Positions 16,127-24,062 of a stretch of DNA of 41,360 nt are shown one piece after another (within the stretch, counting starts at the first letter, position 1; the number at the start of each line of letters is the position of its first letter). The stretch comes from an uncultured Bacilli bacterium (lineage in GTDB: Bacteria; Bacillota_I; Bacilli_A; RF39; UBA660): assembly GCA_947632685.1 (NCBI GenBank), contig CANRQD010000002.1, forward strand, positions 1 through 41,360, read 5' to 3'. Made by a program: the position numbers and the translations under genes. The notes beneath the pieces are model-generated. The model saw only the letters and a program-made list of their open reading frames with translations, was not told where the DNA came from and ran no database searches.

Positions 16127-16744
16127 TTATTCAATACCTCTTTTTATTTTTGTATCATATATAACTAAGAATATAGATATAACTGCTTCTATGATAACTG
16201 ATATAAAATATATCTTCCAAAATAAATCAGTAACTATCATATTAAGTATAAATAACATATATATTATGTGATTAATTATCATAGAAAAAATATAACTAAA
16301 ATAAATTAAAATACCTTCTTTTTTAATTTCCATATTAGAAATTATATAATAATATATCGCAGAATTTACAAATAAACTAACAAAGTAACTAATAGATGAA
16401 GAACCTATTTCTATAAAATTCAACTGTTTACCTGTTAAATCCTCTATTAATATTATAAAGGCTATAATAATTAATGTCGAAATAATAATTGATTTAAAAC
16501 TATATTTAAATCCTAATTTTTTAGTTATATAATTACTAATAAATATAATAAATGGTAGTACAAATACAGAAAACGTTATACTGCAACCAAAAATATTAAA
16601 ATTATAATCATTTAAAGTAGTAGCTAGAATTGATATAGTTGCAAGTAAAAATGTAAATAGAAAAAATTCATTATCTATTTCTTTATTAATATTTTTACTT
16701 TTTTTAGATTTCTTTCTCTTAACAGATTTATCTTCCTTTTTCAT
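16127..16744 (-). CDS. Polytopic membrane protein, possibly VUT/YhhQ (DUF165) family transporter
   Basis: About 6 hydrophobic helices. FGCSITFSVFVLPFIIFISNYITKKLG resembles the YhhQ core by eye only. Has a Lys-rich N-terminus. An extended -10 (TGgTATTAT) lies upstream. Confidence 0.4.
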   Translation of the reverse strand: MKKEDKSVKRKKSKKSKNINKEIDNEFFLFTFLLATISILATTLNDYNFNIFGCSITFSVFVLPFIIFISNYITKKLGFKYSFKSIIISTLIIIAFIILIEDLTGKQLNFIEIGSSSISYFVSLFVNSAIYYYIISNMEIKKEGILIYFSYIFSMIINHIIYMLFILNMIVTDLFWKIYFISVIIEAVISIFLVIYDTKIKRGIE

Positions 16745-16843
16745 ATACTATACCTCCCTATCCTATTTATATTTATAATACCATATTTTATAAAAAAGTA
16801 AAATAATTTTAAAATATATGTTACAATATAATTGGTGAAGAAT

Positions 16844-17770
16844 ATGTCTAGTCGTGAAGAAAAAAATAAGAAAAAACAAGATGAGTTAGAAAAAGCTGAT
16901 AGAAGAGAAAAAAGAATTAAAATAATAAAATTAACTTTAAAAATTTTCATAATTATATTTTTAATTCTATTAATAGCGCTATTTTATACTAATTATTCAA
17001 CAACAGATATTATAGTTAAAGAAAAAAGAATAAGAAATGAAAAAATTCCTACTAGTATGAATGGTATTAAAATTATTTCTTTTTCAGATTTAGATTATGG
17101 TTCTACAATCTTTAGTGAAGAAGTAGAAAAATTAGTAAAAATTATTAATAAAAGAAAACCTGATATAGTTATATTTACTGGTAATTTAATTAATAAAAAT
17201 TATAAAATAAAGACAAAGGAACAAGAAAATTTAATAAAACAATTACAAAAAATAAATACAAATATAGGCAAATATGCTGTAACTGGTAAAAATGATATAG
17301 ATAATTTCAACACCATTATGAATCAAAGTAATTTTACTATTTTAAATAATGAATATGATCTCATTTATAATTCTGATAATAATCCTATTCTTATTATTGG
17401 CCTTTCTAGTTTATTAAAAGAAACTAGAGATATAGATAAAGCATATTCATACTTTAATGAAGAAACTCATAATTCTAATATATATACAATTAGTATTATG
17501 AGTGAAACTGATGATTTAGATAGTATTTTATCAAAATATCATAGTGATTTAGTACTAGGTGGAAATTCTTTAAATGGTGAAATAAGATTACCATTAATAG
17601 GAGGTCTTATAACAGAAGAAGGTTCAACAAAATATAAAGATGAGTACTATAAACTAAATGATACTGAAATTTATATTTCAGGAGGAATAGGTACACCAAA
17701 TACAGGTTTTAGATTATTCAATAGACCAAGTGTTAATTTTTTTAGAATAACAAATAAAAAGGAGATATAG
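16844..17770 (+). CDS. Membrane-anchored metallophosphoesterase-fold protein with degenerate metal-binding motifs
   Basis: YkuE-like layout. The motifs read SDLDYG, FTGNL, TGKND and GGNSLNGEIRLP where DxH, GD, GNHD and GHTH are expected. I moved the start to ATG 16844 because the track start is a TTG. Confidence 0.65.
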   Translation: MSSREEKNKKKQDELEKADRREKRIKIIKLTLKIFIIIFLILLIALFYTNYSTTDIIVKEKRIRNEKIPTSMNGIKIISFSDLDYGSTIFSEEVEKLVKIINKRKPDIVIFTGNLINKNYKIKTKEQENLIKQLQKINTNIGKYAVTGKNDIDNFNTIMNQSNFTILNNEYDLIYNSDNNPILIIGLSSLLKETRDIDKAYSYFNEETHNSNIYTISIMSETDDLDSILSKYHSDLVLGGNSLNGEIRLPLIGGLITEEGSTKYKDEYYKLNDTEIYISGGIGTPNTGFRLFNRPSVNFFRITNKKEI

Positions 17771-17772
17771 TT

Positions 17773-18120
17773 ATGAAAAAAAATAATAAAAATATTGAGC
17801 ATATAATAAGAAATATACTAATAGCTTTAACAATTATAAGTTTAGCAATAACAACATTAAACTTTACTTATTTAGTATATCAAGATAGAAATATTGAAAT
17901 AATAAATAACTTTTTAATTACATATGTTAATGGTCCAGTCTATATAATAGATAATATTTTAGTATTTATATTTTCTATAATATATATTATCTTAGCTATA
18001 AAATCTAAGAATGAACGCATATTAAAAATCTTTTTTAGTCTATTTGCAATTTTTACAACTATAACATCATTAACTCTTATAATAAATGTAATTGCTGATA
18101 TATTTCATATATTTACATAA
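17773..18120 (+). CDS. Small hypothetical membrane protein (3-4 TM)
   Basis: GGAG RBS. Begins 2 nt after the preceding gene. Hydrophobic throughout. Confidence 0.6.
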   Translation: MKKNNKNIEHIIRNILIALTIISLAITTLNFTYLVYQDRNIEIINNFLITYVNGPVYIIDNILVFIFSIIYIILAIKSKNERILKIFFSLFAIFTTITSLTLIINVIADIFHIFT

Positions 18121-18155
18121 AAAAACATGTTCACATCATTTATGAACATGTTTTT
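18121..18155. terminator. Bidirectional rho-independent terminator
   Basis: aaaaacatgttca (18121-18133) pairs with tgaacatgttttt (18143-18155). It lies between convergent genes and has A/T tracts on both sides. Confidence 0.75.
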
Positions 18156-18171
18156 ATTTAATTTTCATAAC

Positions 18172-19509
18172 TTAATTAAATCTTCTTTTAACAATATATG
18201 CTATTCCACATCCACTTACTGCTATTAAACCTAATAATAAATATAAGTTTATATCTGATGTATTTGGATTTGCCATAGCATTATTAATTTCTTCTACAGG
18301 AATATTTAAATCATCTTTAGATACACCTTTAATAATTCTATAATTTTTACCATTAATTTCTACTAGTAATACCTCAATAGTTTGTTCACCACTATTGCTT
18401 TCTAATGTTATCCCAGTATTATCTTTCATATCACTTGTTTTTACTTTAATAGGACTATTAGAAGTATTTACAACAGTTGTTGTTTCATCTACTTCTATAT
18501 CATGATCAGCATAACGTATAGTTTTACCAGCAGTTGTAACAGTACTATTTATAACCTTAACTAATCCCTCTTCAGAACTTGAATAATTTAATTTAGAGCC
18601 ATCTCCATTTACTTTAAGTGTTGTTTTATTGTTATCATTACCTTTTGAAATACTATCAATTGTAACACTAGCATTATCTGCAATAATAACTTCTCCTTCA
18701 TTTTTATCAGTTAAAGCTAAATCTCCTTTTGAATTACCTGTTGAAGTTAAATTAGTATTTCCTCCAATTGTTGATCCTGCTTTTAATTTTAACCCATAAT
18801 TTTTATTATTATTTGCTGTAATTTCACCATTATTACTATTTAAATTACCAGAAATTCCATAGGTATTATTATTATTAGTTATTACTTTACCTCCATTAAT
18901 AGTTAAACTATTATTTTCAGTAACCTCAATACCAGCACTCATTTTTGATACTTCAATAGTTCCTTGATTATTTACTTCAATATTAAGTCCAAAAATACCT
19001 AGTTCAGCTGTATTATCATGAATATTAATTTTTGAATTAGCTCCATCAACAATAATTTTACCTGTGTTATTCTCACCAGTACCAAAGATACTATCTTTAC
19101 CATCAACTATACCACCTGATATAACTTTAAGAATTCCATAATCACCTAGTTGAATTGTACCTTCTTCATCAAAAGTTATTTTACCTCCAGTTGTTACCTC
19201 TAATGTTGTAGATTGCTCATCACCAATAGTAAGTAATTTGTCACCAAGATTAATTTCTTCAGAAACAGTTATTGTTGAACCTTCTTTAATAACAATTTCA
19301 TCACATTTTTTCTTACCACTATTTCCCCAAGTTATAGTACTTGCCTCTTTAAATTGATTATTATCAGCAACAGTACATGTTATATAGCCACCTTTATTAA
19401 CAGCATAGTTTGGCTTTGTATTTGCTTCTGCGTAAACTGATGTAGACATTGAAATAGTTACAATTGTTAATATTGAAAATACTATAAATGCTAAAACACT
19501 CTTTTTCAT
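18172..19509 (-). CDS. Secreted G/N/T-rich repeat protein (beta-solenoid-like) with an NPNTSD C-terminal sorting signal
   Basis: Signal peptide ends ...STSVYA/EA. Contains imperfect Gly/Asn/Thr-rich strand repeats. C-terminus is NPNTSD + INLYLLLGLIAVSGCGIAYIV + KRRFN. Confidence 0.75.
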   Translation of the reverse strand: MKKSVLAFIVFSILTIVTISMSTSVYAEANTKPNYAVNKGGYITCTVADNNQFKEASTITWGNSGKKKCDEIVIKEGSTITVSEEINLGDKLLTIGDEQSTTLEVTTGGKITFDEEGTIQLGDYGILKVISGGIVDGKDSIFGTGENNTGKIIVDGANSKINIHDNTAELGIFGLNIEVNNQGTIEVSKMSAGIEVTENNSLTINGGKVITNNNNTYGISGNLNSNNGEITANNNKNYGLKLKAGSTIGGNTNLTSTGNSKGDLALTDKNEGEVIIADNASVTIDSISKGNDNNKTTLKVNGDGSKLNYSSSEEGLVKVINSTVTTAGKTIRYADHDIEVDETTTVVNTSNSPIKVKTSDMKDNTGITLESNSGEQTIEVLLVEINGKNYRIIKGVSKDDLNIPVEEINNAMANPNTSDINLYLLLGLIAVSGCGIAYIVKRRFN

Positions 19510-19560
19510 TTTATCACCTTTTTATCTGTTTTTTTACAGATTTTCTCCTTTCTTAAAGTC

Positions 19561-19591
19561 ATTATACAATAATTACCCCCCCCCATGTCAA
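19561..19591 (-). promoter_or_regulatory. Promoter of the surface-protein gene, with a C9/G9 homopolymer in the spacer
   Basis: On the minus strand: TTGACA (19586-19591), a 19-nt spacer containing G9 (plus-strand C run 19576-19584), then TATAAT (19561-19566). Confidence 0.55.
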
Positions 19592-19632
19592 TACTTACCA
19601 ATAATTTTTATCACCTAATTACAAAAAAAATC

Positions 19633-19666
19633 GTAAAAAAAAGAAACTATTTTTATTTAGTTTCTT
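19633..19666 (-). terminator. Rho-independent terminator of the second surface-protein gene
   Basis: Perfect 9-bp stem: aagaaacta (19641-19649) with tagtttctt (19658-19666). A U8 tract follows on the minus strand. Confidence 0.75.
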
Positions 19667-19671
19667 CTATT

Positions 19672-20763
19672 TTAATTAAATCTTTTTTTTACTGTATAAG
19701 TTAGTCCACAGCCACTTACTGCTATTAAACTTAATAATAAATATAAGTTGATATCTGATGTATCTGGATTTTCAATGTCTTCTGTTTTTTCTATAGTTTT
19801 ATAATTAGCAGTTAAAAATATATCAGCAATTACTGGACTATTTTCATCATATATATTTCCATCAGCAGTTGTGAAATTAACAAAATACATTTTCTCTAGT
19901 GCATTCTTAATATGAGATAAATCTATGTCAGATAAATTTCCATTCTCCTTTATAGCAATTTTTTCAATATTTTCACCATATTTAATAGTTACTACATAAA
20001 CATTAATATCATCTGATTCATCTGATTCTATTTGTTTACCACTAGTAATAGGTATAGATTCATAAATAATTTTATTATTATTATCAGTAATAACTACCTT
20101 ATTATCTTTCGCATAGATATGATTTATAGTACCTTCTTCATTTTTAATTTTTAAATTAGAAGATGTACTATTATCCATATATATAATTGCAGTAGAGGTT
20201 GAATTAATTTTACCATCCATTATAATTAGTGGTTCTTGCTCATTAGTGTTTGAGCTAGATTTTCCAACTTCAATACCATAAGTAGTATTTAAATTCAAAT
20301 CTTTAATATGAATAATTCCACCATTAGATATTAAACCGGAATATTTACAATCAGATATTGTAACCTTATCTAATATAAGAGTTCCTCCACCATAAGCTTG
20401 AGCACCTTGTTTTGGACTATGTTCTAAATTTATATTAGTTAAAGTTAAATTTCCATTTGTAGTTGCAGTAATGATAGATTGATCACCTGATAACTCCTCT
20501 TTAGATTTATTATACCAGTCATCCTTTCCTTTAATCGTATATCCATTTCCGTTAATTGTTAACTCTCTACTAACTTCTAAATGTCCAGATATTTCTATAT
20601 CTCCACCTAAAGTAATAGTTGGACATTCACCACTTAATGCACTTTTTAAATTTTCTTCATCTTTAATATCATTACAATTTACTGAATCTGCTTTGCAATT
20701 ATATGGAATTAATAATACTGCCATAGCAATAGTAAACAATAACATACCTTTTAAATTTTTCAT
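19672..20763 (-). CDS. Secreted repeat protein, paralogue of 18172-19509, with an NPDTSD sorting signal
   Basis: Has a signal peptide. GNLTLTNINL, GGTLILDKVTISD and GGIIHIKDLNL strand repeats resemble a parallel beta-helix. The C-terminus NPDTSD + INLYLLLSLIAVSGCGLTYTV + KKRFN is closely similar to its neighbour at the DNA level. Confidence 0.75.
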   Translation of the reverse strand: MKNLKGMLLFTIAMAVLLIPYNCKADSVNCNDIKDEENLKSALSGECPTITLGGDIEISGHLEVSRELTINGNGYTIKGKDDWYNKSKEELSGDQSIITATTNGNLTLTNINLEHSPKQGAQAYGGGTLILDKVTISDCKYSGLISNGGIIHIKDLNLNTTYGIEVGKSSSNTNEQEPLIIMDGKINSTSTAIIYMDNSTSSNLKIKNEEGTINHIYAKDNKVVITDNNNKIIYESIPITSGKQIESDESDDINVYVVTIKYGENIEKIAIKENGNLSDIDLSHIKNALEKMYFVNFTTADGNIYDENSPVIADIFLTANYKTIEKTEDIENPDTSDINLYLLLSLIAVSGCGLTYTVKKRFN

Positions 20764-20786
20764 TTTTTCTCTCCTTTCGTATTGGT

Positions 20787-20820
20787 ATTATATAATAACT
20801 ACCTCACCCCCATGTCAATA
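20787..20820 (-). promoter_or_regulatory. Promoter region of the second surface-protein gene, sharing the TATTGACATGGGGG motif
   Basis: The minus strand reads TATTGACATGGGGGTGAGG. It has the same 14-nt motif as at 19580-19593, but the G run is interrupted (G5). Several overlapping -10-like hexamers leave the spacing ambiguous. Confidence 0.4.
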
Positions 20821-20825
20821 TTTTT

Positions 20826-21851
20826 TTATTTTTTAGAAACGTAAATATCTACTTTACCTATTTTTTTATCTTTAAGATAAATATCAATTCTACCTACTAT
20901 ATCATTATCTTTATAATTTTTTAATTTAGTTATTTTAACAACAGTTTTTACTAAATCTTTTTCATCTTCTTTTAATAGATATGAAAAATCTTCTTTTAAA
21001 TATAATTTATCCTTAAAAAACTCTTTATTTATACTAAAATTATTTTTATCAATTATTTTATATTTTTCATATTTATTATAAATATATTCATATAAATTTT
21101 TATGAGTTTCATATTCATTAGGATCATCTAAGGTAACTATTGTTAATTTTAAATTATTTTTTTTAGCAGTAGTAACTAAAGTTTTCCCAGCACTTGGAGT
21201 ATAACCATTTTTACCTCCTGTACAATATTTATAACTATTTAGTAATTTATTTCTATTAATCCATAAATAACTTTTATTTTTTGTTTGAACTTCATATCTT
21301 TTTGTTTTAGTTATTTTTCTATAAGTATCAAAATTATTATAAGCATACCTAGATAATAAAGCCATATCATAAGCAGTTGAATAATTTTTTGTTTTCTCAT
21401 CTAAACCATGACTATTAGCAAAAGTTGTATTTTTCATACCTATTTCTTTTGCTTTTTTATTCATTAATTTTACAAATGAATTTTCATCTTTTGATATATT
21501 ATTTGCAATTACTACTGCAGCATCATTACCACTTCTAAGTAGTAAACCATATAATAAATCATTCAATGACATTGCCTCATTATATTCTAAATATATACTA
21601 GTACCATACATTTCTAATATTTCATCTTTTGCTTTATAAACATCTGTAAGTTTTCCATTTGATAATGCTACTACTGCTGTCATTATTTTAGTAGTAGATG
21701 CAATTAATCTCTTATCATTAATATTATTTTTATAAAGTATTCTTCCACTATCAATATCCATAACTATACTTGATTTAGAAGTATCCATTTTAGCAAATAC
21801 AGATATTGGCATAAAAAAAATCATTAATAAAAAAATCATATATTTCTTCAA
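20826..21851 (-). CDS. Serine-type D-Ala-D-Ala carboxypeptidase (PBP5/DacB-like, peptidase S11)
   Basis: ASTTKIMTA (SxxK), RSGND (SxN) and GGKNGYT (KTG-like). Has a signal peptide. The likely start is TTG 21851 (MKKYMIFLL...), 5 nt after AGGTGA. The track's GTG at 21860 lies inside the RBS. Confidence 0.85.
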   Translation of the reverse strand: MKKYMIFLLMIFFMPISVFAKMDTSKSSIVMDIDSGRILYKNNINDKRLIASTTKIMTAVVALSNGKLTDVYKAKDEILEMYGTSIYLEYNEAMSLNDLLYGLLLRSGNDAAVVIANNISKDENSFVKLMNKKAKEIGMKNTTFANSHGLDEKTKNYSTAYDMALLSRYAYNNFDTYRKITKTKRYEVQTKNKSYLWINRNKLLNSYKYCTGGKNGYTPSAGKTLVTTAKKNNLKLTIVTLDDPNEYETHKNLYEYIYNKYEKYKIIDKNNFSINKEFFKDKLYLKEDFSYLLKEDEKDLVKTVVKITKLKNYKDNDIVGRIDIYLKDKKIGKVDIYVSKK

Positions 21852-21890
21852 GTTTATCACCTAAGAAATTATATGACTATATTTTTTATT

Positions 21891-22307
21891 TTATTTAATT
21901 TTATTAATTAATCTTTCTACATTATAGTATATTTCTTTAAAACATAAATCAAAATCTCTAGTATACCAAGGATCATCTATTTCTTTATCTGATAATAAAT
22001 ATGTTTTATCACTATTAGGTAAAATACGCTCTAAATCATACAAATTTTCATTATCCATACAAAATATATAATCAAAATCATAATAATCTTTATAACTAAT
22101 TTGTCTAGCCTTATGTTTTTTATAAGGTATATTATTTTTATCTAAAACCTCTTTTACAGGTTTATATATATCATTACCAATTTCTTCTGTAGTAGTAGCT
22201 TTAGATTCTATATAAAATTTATTATCTTTATCTAGACTTTTCATTATATATTCTGCCATAACTGATCTACATATATTACCATGACACACAAATAAGATTT
22301 TTTTCAT
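21891..22307 (-). CDS. Low-molecular-weight protein-tyrosine phosphatase
   Basis: ILFVCHGNICRSVMAE (CX5R-S P-loop) and a DDPWY Asp loop. 138 aa. Confidence 0.9.
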   Translation of the reverse strand: MKKILFVCHGNICRSVMAEYIMKSLDKDNKFYIESKATTTEEIGNDIYKPVKEVLDKNNIPYKKHKARQISYKDYYDFDYIFCMDNENLYDLERILPNSDKTYLLSDKEIDDPWYTRDFDLCFKEIYYNVERLINKIK

Positions 22308-22314
22308 ATAACCC

Positions 22315-23004
22315 TCACATATACTTTTTTATTAGAATAGATTTTTTTCCATTTGATTTAATATAATCTATTCCAATATATTTAAATTTACCTATACCTC
22401 TAATAGAAAATATATCATTATCTTTTAAAATATAATTACTATTAGTACATAAATTATAATTAACAATAACTTTTTTATTCTTTATCATTAAATTACTATT
22501 ACTTCTACTAGTAGGTATAAGTTTAGAAATAATATTATCAAGTCTTAAAGATGATACATTTAAATTTATATCTAAATAGTTTAGTTTATAATCATTAACT
22601 AAATCTAAATTTACTTCTAATAATTTAACTTTTTTATTACCAATTGTTATAAAATTATTCATCATATAATCTTTTATTGTATTTAAAACAACTATATAAT
22701 ATTTATCATTATTAATTATAATATCTCCAAATGAATCTTCACATAGATTATGACTAAATAATGCTCCTAATATTTCTCTATGAGTTAGATTACTATTAGT
22801 TTTTATTTCAAATAATGTAATATTTAGTGTATTAGTATAAACAATTAATTTTTCTGTATCATCAAATAATTTAAATATATTATAGTTATTAATATGTTTC
22901 TTAATATGGTTTACTACATATTTAGTATCTATAGGATTTAAAAAATTAGAGTTGTCACCTCTAATAACTTTTTCAACTTGGTTATTTAAACTAAATTTAT
23001 CCAT
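22315..23004 (-). CDS. S4-domain RNA-binding protein (YlmH-like)
   Basis: C-terminal S4-like segment LRLDNIISKLIPTSRSNSNLMIKNKKVIVNY...IFSIRGIGKF. The size and layout resemble YlmH. Confidence 0.55.
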   Translation of the reverse strand: MDKFSLNNQVEKVIRGDNSNFLNPIDTKYVVNHIKKHINNYNIFKLFDDTEKLIVYTNTLNITLFEIKTNSNLTHREILGALFSHNLCEDSFGDIIINNDKYYIVVLNTIKDYMMNNFITIGNKKVKLLEVNLDLVNDYKLNYLDINLNVSSLRLDNIISKLIPTSRSNSNLMIKNKKVIVNYNLCTNSNYILKDNDIFSIRGIGKFKYIGIDYIKSNGKKSILIKKYM

Positions 23005-23044
23005 AGTATCACCAATACATATATAACATAGATATGTTAATTAA

Positions 23045-23263
23045 TCAATTTACTTTATAGACTTTTTTATTTAAATCAAGACCATTTAATTGCAATTTAA
23101 TAATTACATCAGATATTTCTTTATCAGATAAAATATTTTTTAAATTATTTCTATTTAATATCCATAAATCATTTACTATATTTATATTATTTTCTATTAA
23201 TTTGTTTTCTATGTTTTTTGATAAATGTAATACATTAATTGAATTATTTAATAAATCTTTCAT
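23045..23263 (-). CDS. Stand-alone RNA polymerase alpha C-terminal-domain-like (helix-hairpin-helix) protein
   Basis: 72 aa. INVLHLSKNIENKLIENNINIVNDLWILNRNNLKNILSDKEISDVIIKLQLNGLDL follows the alpha-CTD pattern (L.LS.R..N.L...I.t..DL......L.......K...EI...L...GL.L). AGGTGA RBS. Confidence 0.5.
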   Translation of the reverse strand: MKDLLNNSINVLHLSKNIENKLIENNINIVNDLWILNRNNLKNILSDKEISDVIIKLQLNGLDLNKKVYKVN

Positions 23264-23280
23264 TTAATCACCTACTATAT

Positions 23281-23324
23281 AATAATAAAAAATAACTACC
23301 AACTGGACTTACGCCAATTCATAG
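23281..23324 (-). promoter_or_regulatory. Terminator-like hairpin plus U-tract inside the 5' leader of the alpha-CTD-like gene
   Basis: In the RNA, CUAUGAAUUGG pairs with CCAGUUGGUAG (11 positions: 8 Watson-Crick, 2 G-U, 1 mismatch) around a 7-nt loop, followed by UUAUUUUUUAUUAUU. It lies between the promoter (23342-23370) and the RBS. Confidence 0.4.
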
Positions 23325-23341
23325 CTACTCGTTGTAATTAT

Positions 23342-23370
23342 ATTATATCAATTATTTACTTTTAATGTAA
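23342..23370 (-). promoter_or_regulatory. Promoter of the alpha-CTD-like gene
   Basis: On the minus strand: TTACAT (23365-23370), a 17-nt spacer, then TGaTATAAT (-10 hexamer 23342-23347). Confidence 0.55.
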
Positions 23371-23383
23371 TAATTTTTTATAG

Positions 23384-23407
23384 AAAAAGGACTAATTAAT
23401 ATAGTCC
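23384..23407 (-). terminator. Terminator of the lipoprotein gene
   Basis: ggacta (23389-23394) pairs with tagtcc (23402-23407), followed by U5 on the minus strand. It overlaps the stop codon. Confidence 0.5.
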
Positions 23408-24010
23408 ATGTAATTTTTGTCTGTCTGTATCTGATATATCTTGTAATTTCCATTCATCGTCTTCTTTAGTAAGATTAAATGTAATAGTATAGGTAGTTTT
23501 ATCAGTAACATTTTTTAACTCACTTATTTTATATTCAACATAATCTTTTAATTCTTCTGTTTTATCTTTAACCTCATCAGCAGCATCTTCTACAGCATTA
23601 TCATCTTTATTATCTTCATTATCTGCTTCTTCTTTAGCATTATCTTCTTCTTGTTTAAATTCATCTTTATGTTGATCATAATATTCTTTTGATTTATTTA
23701 CAGAAGTAGCATAATCAAAAACCTCAATTTCAACATCAACAGTAGCAGTATCACCATCTATTTTTTCATCTTTAATTTTATAAGATAAATTTTGATATTG
23801 TTTTTCCATTAAAGAACGATATTCCTTTTTTTGATCATCATTCATTTCTGTATCATTATCCATAACAACATCTAGTTGAGTTAAAACATCATCATCTAAT
23901 TTTTGATATTTACTTAAAAAATCCTCTACTTTTTTACTTGGTGTATTTGCAGTATTACTACATCCTACCATTAAGAATAAACCTAGACAAATTACTAATA
24001 ATTTTTTCAT
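23396..24010 (-). CDS. Lipoprotein of unknown function with an acidic linker
   Basis: MKKLLVICLGLFLMVGC lipobox. GGAGG lies 7 nt upstream of ATG 24010, so the track start at 24025 is unlikely. Confidence 0.75.
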   Translation of the reverse strand: MKKLLVICLGLFLMVGCSNTANTPSKKVEDFLSKYQKLDDDVLTQLDVVMDNDTEMNDDQKKEYRSLMEKQYQNLSYKIKDEKIDGDTATVDVEIEVFDYATSVNKSKEYYDQHKDEFKQEEDNAKEEADNEDNKDDNAVEDAADEVKDKTEELKDYVEYKISELKNVTDKTTYTITFNLTKEDDEWKLQDISDTDRQKLHGLY

Positions 24011-24062
24011 AATTATTCCTCCCATTTATATAATGGAAGAATTTTAAAAATTTATACCAAAA

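Noticed and set aside
16745-16831. Possible preQ1 riboswitch upstream of the VUT/YhhQ-like membrane protein.
   Set aside because: An extended -10 sits ~30 nt from the start codon, leaving no room for an aptamer. No preQ1-type consensus is visible.
15497-16950. Minus-strand track ORFs 15497-15739 and 16741-16950.
   Set aside because: They are antisense to the CPBP protease and to the phosphoesterase-like gene or promoter region. There is no RBS or recognisable motif.
23296-23324. GC-richer patch containing AGTTGGTAG, which resembles a tRNA D-loop.
   Set aside because: There is no acceptor stem, anticodon arm or T-arm (GTTCGAATC-like) nearby. It is better explained as one arm of the leader hairpin.
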